From Polyangiaceae bacterium (GTDB taxonomy: Bacteria > Myxococcota_A > Polyangia > Polyangiales > Polyangiaceae), in contig CBDCTZ010000016.1 of assembly GCA_965222375.1 (NCBI GenBank), forward strand, positions 2,880,001 through 2,944,000: 64,000 nucleotides of DNA, given 5' to 3'. Of this stretch, positions 47,584 to 58,278 are shown one piece after another. The notes beneath the pieces are model-generated. The model was not told the origin of the DNA, searched no databases, and was given only the letters and a program-made list of their open reading frames with translations. Both the position numbers and the translations under genes were made by a program. Each line of letters opens with the position of its first letter. Within the stretch, counting starts at the first letter, position 1.

Positions 47584-48387
47584 CTAGACACCCAGGGTCG
47601 CTGAGATGAAATAGAAGTACAGGCCGCCCAGGGCCCACAGCGGGAAGGTCACGAAGCTCGAGTGGCCTTCGTCGATAGGCCAGCGCTGGTAGGTCCAGAG
47701 CCCCCGCGCGAAGAACAGGCTCATGCCGCGCCCGTAGGAGTACTCCGTGTAGAAGCCCACCACGGCGAAGGCTGCCATGGCAGCGGGCCACCAGGGGCCA
47801 CAGGTCACGCCCAACGCGACGGCCGTCGTAGCGATGGGCAAGCAGAACACAGCGAACCCGCCGCGGGAAAACTGCCGCTGGCGCGCGGAGGTCAGCATAC
47901 GGAGGGGAAAGCCAAGCAACACCCCCCCGGCCACGGCCAGGGTAGCGACCAGCATCGGTCGCTGGAGTTCCGCCAAACTCTCGTCAGCCCCCAGAACCTT
48001 GCTGGTCAGGTGAAACAGCAAGGCGCCCACGGCCCAGGGAAGGAAGTTGAGCGTGCTGGTGTCGCCGCGCACCTTGGCGCCATACGAGTAGATCCAGATT
48101 GGCTCGTCGAAGTAGCTCCGCCACAGCAAAGAAACCAGCAGCTCGCCGATGATGCCGGCGGTGCCTGCAAGGAAGAAGAACGCAAGATAGCGCGGGCTGA
48201 CCACCAGTCCGAGGCTCAGAAAGGTCAATGGTGCCCAGCCCATGAGGGCGTAGAACTTTGTGAGTGAAAAGGGCGTGGGCAGTGGGTGCGTGTTGGCGCG
48301 CACGGCCAGGGTCGCGACAATCCCGCTCCCGTAGAGGTTGGATACGATCGCGAAAACCAGTAGCGGCCGCAGCGACTCCGGGACCAT
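47584..48387 (-). CDS. Integral membrane protein with internal duplication (E..G...W.Y...PW motif twice)
   Basis: Multiple TM helices; two similar halves. Confidence 0.65.
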   Translation of the reverse strand: MVPESLRPLLVFAIVSNLYGSGIVATLAVRANTHPLPTPFSLTKFYALMGWAPLTFLSLGLVVSPRYLAFFFLAGTAGIIGELLVSLLWRSYFDEPIWIYSYGAKVRGDTSTLNFLPWAVGALLFHLTSKVLGADESLAELQRPMLVATLAVAGGVLLGFPLRMLTSARQRQFSRGGFAVFCLPIATTAVALGVTCGPWWPAAMAAFAVVGFYTEYSYGRGMSLFFARGLWTYQRWPIDEGHSSFVTFPLWALGGLYFYFISATLGV

Positions 48388-48390
48388 CGT

Positions 48391-50160
48391 CTACTTGTTA
48401 GCCGGGGCTACGAACCACTTCTCGTAGTGTTTGTCCCCAAACTCCTCGAAGGCGGCGTTGAGCATTCCGGTGTAGATCTCCGTTTCGGCCGTACCCGCGG
48501 GATCCGATCCAGAGAACTTGGCAATCTTCTCCACGGGTACGTTTTGTCCGGCCGTGTATTTGGACAATACGACCGGCTCCTCGCCGGGTAGCTCGATTCG
48601 TGCGCGGAAGAACACGTAGAGCCCGATAAACACGCCACGAGGGACTTTGCTGGCATTGGCGCCGCCAGACCACTCCACACGGTAGTGCACGACGATCCTC
48701 GGCGACTTGGCGGGGGCAACGTCTTCTTCCGGACCGACCCAGTTTTCTCCCGCTTCGAAACGCAGGATCTCCGGGTTGAAGCCGGCGCTCAGCCGTGCGC
48801 TCAGGGCCTTCCCGGTTTGCGCGGTGTGCACATTCAACTTTTCATCGGTGAAGTAACGAGTCGGCAAGGAACTCACGCCGTTGAACATCGGGTTCTTGCT
48901 GACAGCCTGGTCCGCGCGATGCAGCGTTTGAGACTTCAGGCGATTGAAGTGCAGGGTTACGGCTGCGCTCAGGAATTTGTCGCCCTGCCTCTTCGCGCCA
49001 GTCTTTTCGGAGTAAGTGATCAGCTTTTGGACTATCGTCGGGAGTTCACTCTCGGGTGGAGCTCGCTTGGCGTAGCGCTGCACCTCGGTCAGATACAAAG
49101 CGTGACGGGCTTGCTCGAAGGGTTTACCCATCCCGTGATCCGGGCGGCGCGCTGCATAGTCGAGGAGCGCAGCCAATGTGCCCTTCTTCCGCACCTTCTC
49201 GAACTCGGCGATGAGCGCATTGCGACGGGCGATGTCGATCTCGTTCTGGATCTTCGTGCCCTTGTTGTCCGACATGAAAGAGTCGATGGCGTCCACGCCG
49301 CCCTGGGCGATGGCGAGGCGCAGCTTTGCTCGAGGAAGCAGTTCCTTCTCCACCACCTCTCGATGGGCCTGGCCTCGGGCCAGATAGGCGGAATAGGCGG
49401 CGACATCGTCTTTCGCTCGCGCCTTGGCGAACATCTTCTCGTCGCTCATACCGTTGCGCACGGAAAACAGCCCCACACCGAGCAGCAAACCCAGGCCGCC
49501 GCCGATCGCGAAACGCAGCTTCGCCCAAATGGGTCGCCCGAGCTTGAGGGGCTGCTGAGGCGCCAGAGGGCTCAACACGGACGGCTCCGCTAGGGGGTCG
49601 AGTTCGAAGATCTGTTTGTCATCGGCTTGAGCCAACTGCTGTGCGGACGCCTGGATTCGCGAAACGGCCTCGTTGGTGAGGGCCACATCGGAGACGGGCA
49701 GCACGAAACGCGCGGTACCGATTTGTAGCGCCACGTTGGACCCGGCAGCGGACACCTGGCTGAGCTCAGCCAGGCTGTAGACGGCCATGCGGTGGCCGCG
49801 GGCGTCCACCAGACACGCGGGAAATAGATAGATGCCCGGGGGAAAGGGCAGGCTCTGAACATAGAGAATGTGGGCGACCGCACAGATCAATCCGGTGGCC
49901 AGAGCCCCCAGAGCGATGGCGAAAATGACAGCGAAGGGGGCCGGGTGCAGGGAAAAGAAGCTGCCGGCGTTTCCGAAGCCAAGGGTCCAAAGCAGCAGGG
50001 TGAGCACGGCTCCAGCAATGCTCAGCGCGAGCCATCCCAGGGCAGTTCGGCGACCCCCGTGTTTGACCAGAATGGGCAGCGGCGCATAGCGAGCGTGGAA
50101 AGAGTCAAGCAGGCGCTCTTGCACCGGTCGGCTCAGGCTGTAGAAATCCCTCTGGGTCAT
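48391..50160 (-). CDS. Hypothetical membrane-anchored protein
   Basis: Three TM helices followed by a helical extracytoplasmic domain. Start at MTQRDF. Confidence 0.7.
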   Translation of the reverse strand: MTQRDFYSLSRPVQERLLDSFHARYAPLPILVKHGGRRTALGWLALSIAGAVLTLLLWTLGFGNAGSFFSLHPAPFAVIFAIALGALATGLICAVAHILYVQSLPFPPGIYLFPACLVDARGHRMAVYSLAELSQVSAAGSNVALQIGTARFVLPVSDVALTNEAVSRIQASAQQLAQADDKQIFELDPLAEPSVLSPLAPQQPLKLGRPIWAKLRFAIGGGLGLLLGVGLFSVRNGMSDEKMFAKARAKDDVAAYSAYLARGQAHREVVEKELLPRAKLRLAIAQGGVDAIDSFMSDNKGTKIQNEIDIARRNALIAEFEKVRKKGTLAALLDYAARRPDHGMGKPFEQARHALYLTEVQRYAKRAPPESELPTIVQKLITYSEKTGAKRQGDKFLSAAVTLHFNRLKSQTLHRADQAVSKNPMFNGVSSLPTRYFTDEKLNVHTAQTGKALSARLSAGFNPEILRFEAGENWVGPEEDVAPAKSPRIVVHYRVEWSGGANASKVPRGVFIGLYVFFRARIELPGEEPVVLSKYTAGQNVPVEKIAKFSGSDPAGTAETEIYTGMLNAAFEEFGDKHYEKWFVAPANK

Positions 50161-50404
50161 GGCCGCTCCGGGTCGAGACCACCGCGTGGCGCGAACCCAG
50201 TTGCTGCCCACATCCTCACCCGACTGGAATATGCCAGCAACAAAACACTGTGCGCTGCTGAGGTGCGGTCCGAGCGCAGCGCCATGCCTGACAAACGCCC
50301 AGTATTTGTGGGTTTTTCCGGGGGTGCCGGGTGGCGTCGGCCTTTCGACCGGCGCCGATCCGTGAAAACATTCATGCCCCCACCGACCAAGTGAGACCAG
50401 CCGA

Positions 50405-51742
50405 ATGAGTGAAAGCCAGCGCTACCACATCGTGCAGCGGATTGCCGCGGGCGGAATGGCAGAAGTCTTCCGCGGCGAGAGCGCCGGGATCGAGGGGTTC
50501 CGTAAGAAAGTCGCGATCAAGCGCGTCTTGCCGAAACTGAGCGCGAATCGCGAGTTCATCAACATGTTTCTCGACGAGGCAAGGCTAGGGGCCTACCTGA
50601 GCCACTCGCGATGCGTCCAGGTCTTCGACATTGGCCAGGGTGGTGGCGCACATTTCATCGTGATGGAGTTCGTGGATGGGGCGGATCTCAAAGAAGTGCT
50701 CGAGTACCTCGCCCGACACCAGAAGCGCATGCGAATCGAAGTGGCATGCCGCATCGCTCTAGATACATGTGAAGGCCTTTCCTACGCCCATGGCGCCAAG
50801 GACCATGCTGGGCGACCCTTGGAAATCGTGCATCGGGACATATCCCCACACAACGTGTTGATGACACGCTTCGGCGAAGTGAAGCTGGTCGACTTCGGAC
50901 TCGCCAAGGCAAGCTCGCACCTCACCGACGAGGACGAAGACATCGTCAAAGGCAAGTTCGGCTACCTTGCTCCAGAGGTGACTCGGGGGGAGAAAGTCGA
51001 CCGTCGCGTCGACATATTCGCTGCCGGAATTCTGCTGTGGGAGATGCTCACCGGTCGCCGCCTGTTCCAAGGGGCGAGCGACGTCGAAACCTTCAAGCTG
51101 GTGCGGGACGCAGTGATTCCAGACCCGCGCGAAACTAGGTCGGACATTCCCGACGAAGTCATGACGGTTCTGGGGCGAGCTTTGGCTGGCAACCCGGCTC
51201 AGCGCTACCCCACGGCGGACGATATGGCCCGGGATCTCAGCGTCGTTCTCACACGGCTGCCCCCGGCCACGTACCTGGACATTGGAGAGCTGGTTGGCGC
51301 AGCCGCCGACGAGCGCGCGGCACGCAAAGCAGCGAGCCCCGCCGACGCCAGCGCCATCGGCGATATCATCATCGACGCTCTGCACGACTTTTCCGCCAGC
51401 CCCGGAAGCGTGATGTCGGAAGAGCCGTCGCGACTCGGCACGCCGGGGATCGAAGCGAAGGCGGGCGGCTTCGAGGATCCGAGTTCGTGGGGCCTGGACG
51501 CTCTGTTCGACGAAGCCGCACAGTCCGGCGCCGCCGCAGCTCCCGCACCCCCCGCGCCCCCGCCAGCCCCTGCCGATGCACCAGCACCTCCCGCAGAGGC
51601 CGCGCCCCAGGCGCCCAACGCGCCAGCGAAGGCTCCTCCTCCGCGCCGTGCGCCGCCACCTCCTCCACGGCAGCGAATGCAACCAGCACCATCCGCCGAA
51701 AAGAAGGAAGGCCCCTTCTGGCGTCGCTGGTTCGGCGGATGA
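50405..51742 (+). CDS. Ser/Thr protein kinase (cytoplasmic, Pro-rich tail)
   Basis: IAAGGMAEV, AIKR, HRDISPHN, DFGLAK, GKFGYLAPE, DIFAAG. Confidence 0.95.
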   Translation: MSESQRYHIVQRIAAGGMAEVFRGESAGIEGFRKKVAIKRVLPKLSANREFINMFLDEARLGAYLSHSRCVQVFDIGQGGGAHFIVMEFVDGADLKEVLEYLARHQKRMRIEVACRIALDTCEGLSYAHGAKDHAGRPLEIVHRDISPHNVLMTRFGEVKLVDFGLAKASSHLTDEDEDIVKGKFGYLAPEVTRGEKVDRRVDIFAAGILLWEMLTGRRLFQGASDVETFKLVRDAVIPDPRETRSDIPDEVMTVLGRALAGNPAQRYPTADDMARDLSVVLTRLPPATYLDIGELVGAAADERAARKAASPADASAIGDIIIDALHDFSASPGSVMSEEPSRLGTPGIEAKAGGFEDPSSWGLDALFDEAAQSGAAAAPAPPAPPPAPADAPAPPAEAAPQAPNAPAKAPPPRRAPPPPPRQRMQPAPSAEKKEGPFWRRWFGG

Positions 51743-52182
51743 GTCGACCCGCGTTCGTACATCCTGTTTCGGTTCGCTACCTAGAAGTCGACCAGCAGGG
51801 CGTCGTCTTCAACATGTGGTACCTGGCGTGGTTCGACGATGCCATGACGGGGTTCTTGGACGCGCTTGGCTTTGACTACCTCCAAATGGTCGAACGAGGC
51901 TTTGACGTGCAAGTGGTTCATACCAGCGCGGACTACTCTGGTGGCGTCCGCTTTCGTGACGCCGTCGAAGTGCACGTCGACCCCAAGGCCGTGGGGACAA
52001 CGAGCTTCCGTTTGGGGTTTCGAGTGGTGGTGGACGAAAAGGCGTTGGTAACCGCAGAGATCGTCTACGTCTGCGTCGCGACGGACGGCAGCGGAAAACG
52101 TGCGCTTCCGGCGGAGCTGAGCGACGTGCTGAAAGAGAAGATGTGCTTGGACGCATCGCCGTTAGGTGACGATTCGCGTTAG
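51739..52182 (+). CDS. Acyl-CoA thioesterase (YbgC/4HBT family)
   Basis: VRYLEVDQQGVVFN..YL.WFD.A. ATGA overlap with the kinase. Confidence 0.9.
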   Translation: MSRPAFVHPVSVRYLEVDQQGVVFNMWYLAWFDDAMTGFLDALGFDYLQMVERGFDVQVVHTSADYSGGVRFRDAVEVHVDPKAVGTTSFRLGFRVVVDEKALVTAEIVYVCVATDGSGKRALPAELSDVLKEKMCLDASPLGDDSR

Positions 52183-52197
52183 CATTCGCGTGCGGCC

Positions 52198-54078
52198 ATG
52201 AATCGAATCGAAGACTACGGACTGATCGGAGATTGCCACTCGGTAGCGCTAGTCGGAAAGGACGGCTCGATCGATTGGGCTTGCTTCCCTGCGTTCGATT
52301 CGGCTGCCGTGTTTTGCAAGGTCCTGGATGCAGACACCGGTGGGCATTTTCGCCTGGCGCCCAGCGCTTCACGGGGCGTCAAGCGCTACTACGAGCCCGA
52401 CACGAACGTGCTCGTTACACGTCATCGGTGTGCGGAGGCCGAGCTGGAAGTGACGGATTGCATGCCGACTCGGGATTTCGACGCCGACGACCCGGGCGCG
52501 GTGCGATCCCACCATGCAATCTTGCGACGGGCGCGGGCTGTGGGTGGAAGCGTGGAGTTGGAGCTGGAGATCGTCCCGCGCTTTGGTTATGGCGCGTTCA
52601 CACCACGGTTCACGAGAACCTCTGAGCAGAGCGTCGAGATCGTCGGAGGAGCGGACGCACTCTGGGTGACATCGTCGCACCCACTGCAGGTCAGTCGCGA
52701 TGACGCGACGGCCCAGATCACCCTCCAGGCGGGCGAGGAATTCTGGGTGGAGGTATCCTGGTCACCCTCTCACGAGCCACACCGCAGCGCTCGAGCTCCT
52801 GCGACGTCCGACTACCAAGCGCGGTTGCAGAGCACGCTTTCCTTTTGGCAGAAGTGGATGGCGCGGTCCTGGTACCGAGGCATCTACCCGGAGAAGGTGA
52901 AGCGTTCGGCGCTCGTCTGCAAAGCTCTCACCTACGCGCCAACCGGCGCGGTGGTCGCCGCTCCCACGACGTCCCTGCCAGAGGAAATTGGGGGGAGCCG
53001 CAATTGGGACTACCGCTTCACCTGGATTCGCGACGCAACCTTGACTCTGACCTCGTTGACCGTTTTGGGTTATCGCGCCGAGGCCGAGCGGTTCAAGCTT
53101 TGGTTGGAGCGCACCGGCGCCGGCCGTCCAGAAGACCTCCAGATCATGTACGGGATTCGTGGAGAGCGTTTTCTGCCCGAGATCGATCTTGCCCACTTGT
53201 CAGGGCATCGCGGGTCTCGCCCGGTGCGCATCGGCAATGGCGCTGCCAAGCAAATGCAGCTCGACTCCTATGGGCAAATCCTGGAGGCTGCCTATCTGTT
53301 TTCACGGATCGGTGGCGAGCTCACGGACAGCAATTGGCAGTTCTTGGCCGGATTAGTGGACACGGTTTGTGATCGCTGGCGCTTTCCGGACCACGGGATC
53401 TGGGAGATGCGAGACGACCCGCGCCACTTCATCCACTCCAAGCTCAATTGTTGGGTTGCGCTGGACCGGGGGTTGCGGATGGCCAAGGCGAGCGGGATGC
53501 CCGCGGACCAGAAGAAGTGGCAGGCGCAACGAGATGCGTTGGCAAACTACCTCATGAGCGAGGGCGCCCCGAACGGTTGGTTCCGCCAGGCGGCTGACAA
53601 CGATACCCCGGATGCCAGCACACTGTTGGTTCCCGCGCTCGGTCTCCTGCCGAGCAACCACCCGGCGGTGCTTCAAACCGTCGAGGTCATCCGGCGCGAT
53701 CTGGAGCGAGACGGCTTGGTGTATCGCTACTTGAGCACCGACGGCCTCGAGGGAGGGGAGGGCGCGTTCTTGCTCTGCTCCTTCTGGCTGCTGGATTGCC
53801 TCACCTGCTCCGGGAACCTCTCAGCCGCGGAGGAGCTTTTCGAGCGCCTGCTCAGTTTCGAAAACGACGTAGGGCTCTACGCCGAAGAAGTCGAGCCCGG
53901 CTCGGGCGAGGCGCTGGGCAACTTCCCGCAAGCATTCACTCACATGGCCTTGGTTGCCAGCGCGGCGCACCTATCCGCGGCTCAGCAGGGACTCATCCCC
54001 GCCGACCGAGCCGTGAGCTACAATGAACTGGCTATCGAACGCTTGCTCAGTGCCAAGACAGCTTCCGGGTCCGAATGA
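52198..54078 (+). CDS. Glycoside hydrolase family 15 (trehalase/glucoamylase-like)
   Basis: IEDYGLIGDC, AAPTTSLPE..GG.RNWDYRFTWIRD, QLDSYG, GIWE.R, EGAFLLCSFW, GNFPQAFTH. Confidence 0.93.
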   Translation: MNRIEDYGLIGDCHSVALVGKDGSIDWACFPAFDSAAVFCKVLDADTGGHFRLAPSASRGVKRYYEPDTNVLVTRHRCAEAELEVTDCMPTRDFDADDPGAVRSHHAILRRARAVGGSVELELEIVPRFGYGAFTPRFTRTSEQSVEIVGGADALWVTSSHPLQVSRDDATAQITLQAGEEFWVEVSWSPSHEPHRSARAPATSDYQARLQSTLSFWQKWMARSWYRGIYPEKVKRSALVCKALTYAPTGAVVAAPTTSLPEEIGGSRNWDYRFTWIRDATLTLTSLTVLGYRAEAERFKLWLERTGAGRPEDLQIMYGIRGERFLPEIDLAHLSGHRGSRPVRIGNGAAKQMQLDSYGQILEAAYLFSRIGGELTDSNWQFLAGLVDTVCDRWRFPDHGIWEMRDDPRHFIHSKLNCWVALDRGLRMAKASGMPADQKKWQAQRDALANYLMSEGAPNGWFRQAADNDTPDASTLLVPALGLLPSNHPAVLQTVEVIRRDLERDGLVYRYLSTDGLEGGEGAFLLCSFWLLDCLTCSGNLSAAEELFERLLSFENDVGLYAEEVEPGSGEALGNFPQAFTHMALVASAAHLSAAQQGLIPADRAVSYNELAIERLLSAKTASGSE

Positions 54079-55316
54079 GTCGCGCCGCGGTCGTCTCCCG
54101 AATCGCTCACGACGCGTCCTTCGAGGCGCCCCCGCGGCCGCTGGCCGACTTCTGGTGGGAGGATCTCCCCCGAGACTTCGCGCGGGAGCGAGAAGCCTTC
54201 GCTCTATCCTGGCAAGACCGCGCAACCGTGGGTGCCGCCGCGGCATCTGATGTCGTCCTGCGAACCGTGGGCGCCTGCCTGGTCGGTGGACTGGCGCTCC
54301 CCTTCGGCTATCACCCTGGCAAGCTCAAGGGCGCCTTCGAGGATCTGCAGATCTACGCTCCCTTGGCCGAGAGCGGTGATGCCTCACGCTTCTTTCGGGC
54401 GCCCGAGCCGGGCGTACGTGTGCGGAGCCGGCGGGCTCGGTTCGCTCGTTTTCGCCCCCGCGGTGGCAACTGGGAAGATCTCACCTTCGAAAGTCAGTAC
54501 GAGCCCTTCAACACCCGGCAACGCTCGAGCTACCTGCGCCACAAGGACAATCGTACTGCGCGCCTGCGCCTGTGGCAGCACCCTGGGCCCCCGCGCCCAA
54601 CCGTGCTGGCGATCCACGGTTTCAGTGCGGATCTGTACTGGTTGAACGAGTGGTTCTTCGCGTTGCCGTGGCTATACCGCATGGGCCTCGATGTCGCGCT
54701 GTTCACCATGCCCTTTCATGGCAGTCGCCAGACTCGATTCTCTCCCTTTTCCGGTCACGGGTTTTTTGCCGGAGGGCCCGCACGGATCAACGAAGCTTTC
54801 GCTCAAGCTGTTCACGACTTCCGGGTCTTCGTCGACTACTTGCTCGCGGAGCGCGGTGTGCCTCGGGTCGGCGTGACCGGCGTGAGCTTGGGAGGTTTCA
54901 CTTCGGCGCTGCTCGCTGCGACTGAGCCGCGACTGAAGTTCGCCATACCCAATGTGCCCCTGGCCACCCTCCCGGATCTGGTTCTCGAGTGGGAGCCCAT
55001 CGGCGTTGTGATCCGCGCGTCCCTCAAACTGTTCCGGCAACGCATTGAGGATGCCCGCGCGATGCTCGCCGTGAGCTCCCCCCTGTCCTACGCGCCGCTC
55101 CTGCCTCGAGAGCGCCTGATGGTTATCGGGGGGATCGGCGACAGGCTCGCTCCCCCGAAGCACTCACGCCTCCTCTGGGAGCATTGGCAGCGCTGCAAGC
55201 TGCACTGGTTCGTGGGCAGTCACCTGCTTCACTTCGACCGCGGCGACTACTTGCGGCACACCGGCAGGTTCCTGAACGAGATCGGTTTCTTCGAAGACGT
55301 GCCTTCCGGGCGCTGA
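54075..55316 (+). CDS. Alpha/beta hydrolase family protein
   Basis: IHGF, PFHG.R, GVSLGG, GDRL and GSH triad. ATGA overlap with GH15. Confidence 0.85.
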   Translation: MSRAAVVSRIAHDASFEAPPRPLADFWWEDLPRDFAREREAFALSWQDRATVGAAAASDVVLRTVGACLVGGLALPFGYHPGKLKGAFEDLQIYAPLAESGDASRFFRAPEPGVRVRSRRARFARFRPRGGNWEDLTFESQYEPFNTRQRSSYLRHKDNRTARLRLWQHPGPPRPTVLAIHGFSADLYWLNEWFFALPWLYRMGLDVALFTMPFHGSRQTRFSPFSGHGFFAGGPARINEAFAQAVHDFRVFVDYLLAERGVPRVGVTGVSLGGFTSALLAATEPRLKFAIPNVPLATLPDLVLEWEPIGVVIRASLKLFRQRIEDARAMLAVSSPLSYAPLLPRERLMVIGGIGDRLAPPKHSRLLWEHWQRCKLHWFVGSHLLHFDRGDYLRHTGRFLNEIGFFEDVPSGR

Positions 55317-55328
55317 GCCCGAAGTGAG

Positions 55329-56972
55329 CTAGGCGCTGACCGCTTCTCGAACTACCGGCAATCGCCCGCGTTGAGGTTCCGGCTCCCGGAGGTTTTCCTC
55401 CAGCCAGGCCTCGCTCCCCAAATCCCGCAGCTTCTGCTGTTGCTCCGCGAGCTTCTCGTAGCAGTACGGCAACATCGATCGGAAGTGCACGTACAGCACG
55501 GATAAGGTAGCCAGCGCTTCGATGCCCGCGCTGTTCTTCGTGGCTACTTTTGCGAAGGCCTTCCAGAACGGGCCACGAGTGTCACGGTTCTTCGTCATCT
55601 CCACGGTCAGACGCAGGAAGGTGCGCGCATTGCGCAGGAAGATGTACGACCCTGGAATCAGGTTCGGAACTGTGTTCAAGCGCACCGCCACGTCCGCGCA
55701 GCGCTGAAAGTACTTCTCCGCATCGAAGGAGTGGTGCATCACTCGCACCAGGTCCTCGAGCACCTCTTCTGCCGGGCGTTCAGTCTTGAATTGAATGCCT
55801 GCACTGATCTGGTCGCGGGCGCCGTCGGCAAGGTCCTTTCGAGCTTTCGGGAAGAGCCGCCCCTCTCGATCCAAGCGCTTGGAGAGAGCCGTGCCCGGCA
55901 GGGGATACACCACGCCTGCCATGACCCAGGGGATGCAGGCGTCATCGATGCAGCGAATGATCTGATCGGCGATATCCTTCGACTCACCGTCCAGCCCGAG
56001 CAAGAAGCCGGAGTGCAACGTAGCCCCAGCCTCGCGATAGAACAGGTCAGCCGCTTCGGCGATGGAAAAGCCCGTGTTGTGAGGCTTCTTCGCGCTCTTG
56101 AGCGCGTTTTCGTCCGGAGTCTCGATGCCGACGAGGAAGTACTTGAAGCGTGCTTCGCGCAACAGTCTCAAGACCTCAGGATCCTTGGCGGTGTTCAGGG
56201 TCAGAGACGTACTCAGCGCGAACGGGTAGTTGTGCTCCTTTAGCCATTTCGCTAGGGCGCGCAACAGTGGCTTCACGTCCTTCATGTGACCTACGAGGTT
56301 GTCATCGAAGAAGTCCAGCTGTCCCCGATAACCGAGGTTGTAGAGCGTTTCTAGCTCGGACAGGACCTGGGGGATCGTCTTCGTGCGGTACTCGTTCTTG
56401 AACAGATCGATCACGTTGCAGAATTCGCAATGATACGGGCATCCGCGGGAGTACTGCACACCGACATAGAGGTAGTCCCGATGATTGATCAGGTCGAAAC
56501 GAGGCACTGGGCTCTTGGTCATGTCCGGCAGTTCGTCGGAGCGATAGGTCTTCTTCTTCACGCCGGCTTCGATGTCCTTCAGCAGTTTCGGCACGATAGT
56601 CTCGCCCTCGCCGAGGCAGAGGTAGTCGACATCCACATCTTCATAGAATTGAGGACTCATCGTTGGGTCCGGCCCACCGACCGCTACGGGCTTGCCCCGT
56701 TTCTTGGCGCGCCGAATCACGGCCAGAGCCCGGTCCCGATGCACGATCTTGCTTCCCACCAGCACCATGTCCGCCCAATCGAGATCTGAATCCGAGAGTG
56801 GATTCACGTTCTCGTCGATCAGGCGCAGGTCCCAAGATTTGGGGAGAAGTGCGGCGACCGTGAGCAGGCCCAGGGGCGGCGTCATGTATTTCACGCCGGC
56901 GAGTTCACAGACTTTCTCGAAGTTCCAAAACGAAAAGCTGTCGAACTTGGGCCAGATTAAAAGGACCTTCAT
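55329..56972 (-). CDS. B12-binding domain radical SAM protein (DUF4070-type C-terminus)
   Basis: PPLGLLTVAALLP, GGP, GEGE, SRGCPYHCEFC (CxxxCxxC), DDN, GIET. RBS AAGGAG before MKVLLIWP. Confidence 0.92.
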   Translation of the reverse strand: MKVLLIWPKFDSFSFWNFEKVCELAGVKYMTPPLGLLTVAALLPKSWDLRLIDENVNPLSDSDLDWADMVLVGSKIVHRDRALAVIRRAKKRGKPVAVGGPDPTMSPQFYEDVDVDYLCLGEGETIVPKLLKDIEAGVKKKTYRSDELPDMTKSPVPRFDLINHRDYLYVGVQYSRGCPYHCEFCNVIDLFKNEYRTKTIPQVLSELETLYNLGYRGQLDFFDDNLVGHMKDVKPLLRALAKWLKEHNYPFALSTSLTLNTAKDPEVLRLLREARFKYFLVGIETPDENALKSAKKPHNTGFSIAEAADLFYREAGATLHSGFLLGLDGESKDIADQIIRCIDDACIPWVMAGVVYPLPGTALSKRLDREGRLFPKARKDLADGARDQISAGIQFKTERPAEEVLEDLVRVMHHSFDAEKYFQRCADVAVRLNTVPNLIPGSYIFLRNARTFLRLTVEMTKNRDTRGPFWKAFAKVATKNSAGIEALATLSVLYVHFRSMLPYCYEKLAEQQQKLRDLGSEAWLEENLREPEPQRGRLPVVREAVSA

Positions 56973-57171
56973 GAAGCACTCCTTCTCACGCAAATGATGC
57001 GGGAGGCTATCTGAGAGGGGGGCCGCGCCACTTGACCCCAATCAACGTTCAGTTCCAGGTCTGGCTGAGCGCACCCGGATGCAAGCGATCCCCCAAATGG
57101 GATGGCACGGCGTAGCGAAGCGTTGGGAAGTCGGAGCCGGGGCGGCGCCTGAGCGCGGCACCGCTTAGCTT

Positions 57172-58243
57172 TCAGAAAACCTCGAAGGCGCCCGAGGGCG
57201 CCTTACACTCGGATACCGTTTTTAGGAAGATCTGCTGTCCGGAGCAATTCGAGCTGTCGGTGCAGGAACAACGGTTGTTGACACACTCGGTGCCGGCCCT
57301 GCTGCCGGCACAATCCGCTTTGGTCTCGCAACCGCAGCGCCCTAACGACTGAATGCACCTTGCGCCACCGTGGATTGTGCCCGTTGTCCGAGCCCGCGTG
57401 CAGCTCCACAGGCGTGCTTGCGCCAAGCTTCAGGACCCAGAGCCGCTTCTTGTACAGGTAGTAGAGATCTTTGCTGCAGTTGCTGGCGAAGCCACGAATC
57501 TCATCCGCGGCTGAAACCACAACAGTCGGCGTACCGCCGCTGACCGGCACAGATGCGACCTCCCGGGTGAAACCGCAGGTGCTGCATTTGAGATACTGCT
57601 GTCCGAGCCAAACTTTGTCGCCAACCACTCCGAGTGCCGTGATGGCGCGCAGGTTCTCGGCGAGCAGCACCGGTTCGCACGCACCGGCAGTGCACGGCCC
57701 GTCCCCGCAATTACGCGTGCAGCTACCGCTGTTGGCAGGTGCTGACAGGTCAACCTCGCACCCGCTGGCGTCGTTGCCGTCACAGTTCGCAAAACCGCTC
57801 GAGCATTCGATTTCGCATTTGCCCGCAGCGCACGCCGAGCTGTCCGCATTGGTGGTGCCGCACACGTTGCCGCAAGCACCGCAGTTGTTTACGTCTTTTT
57901 CGACCGGCGACTCGCAGCCGTTCTTCATGTCGCCGTCACAGTCATCCGTGAAAGCGTCGCACTGGATGCCGCATTGGCCGTTGTCGCAAGCGGGATCCGC
58001 GCTCGGAGCACTCGGGCACGCGCGCCCGCACACGCCGCAATTGAGGGGGTGGGCGTTGAGGTCGACCTCACAACCGTTGGCGGAGTTTCCGTCGCAATCC
58101 GCCCGCTGCCCCGTACAAGGAGCCGGTCCGCCATCTAGGATGGTTGTCGGAGCGCCCTTGAGCGAATCCAAGTCGTTGGTCGCCGTACAACTGGCAGTGG
58201 CCAGCGCAAGAAGTAGGCATCCGCCGCGCACTGTCCGCAGCAT
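57172..58243 (-). pseudogene. Cys-rich lipoprotein (DCDG...NGCE / NCG.CG repeats), apparently frameshifted or chimeric near 57360-57400
   Basis: Frame from ATG 58243 (lipobox TASC) loses protein-like character after VELHAGSD. A different frame (stop at 57172) carries a convincing Cys-rich tail, RCGCETKADC...CVNNRCSCTDSSNC. Confidence 0.6.
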
Positions 58244-58278
58244 AGCACCGCGTGGTTGTGGGCATTTCTCGAGCGCGG

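Noticed and set aside
47565..47592. 14-bp tandem repeat (cgaccctagacRcc) at a convergent gene end
   Set aside because: Short duplication around a stop codon with no associated element; not interpretable.
57100..57120. Sigma-54 promoter (TGGCACG...)
   Set aside because: GG-to-GC spacing is 9 rather than 10, and the orientation is opposite to the flanking genes.
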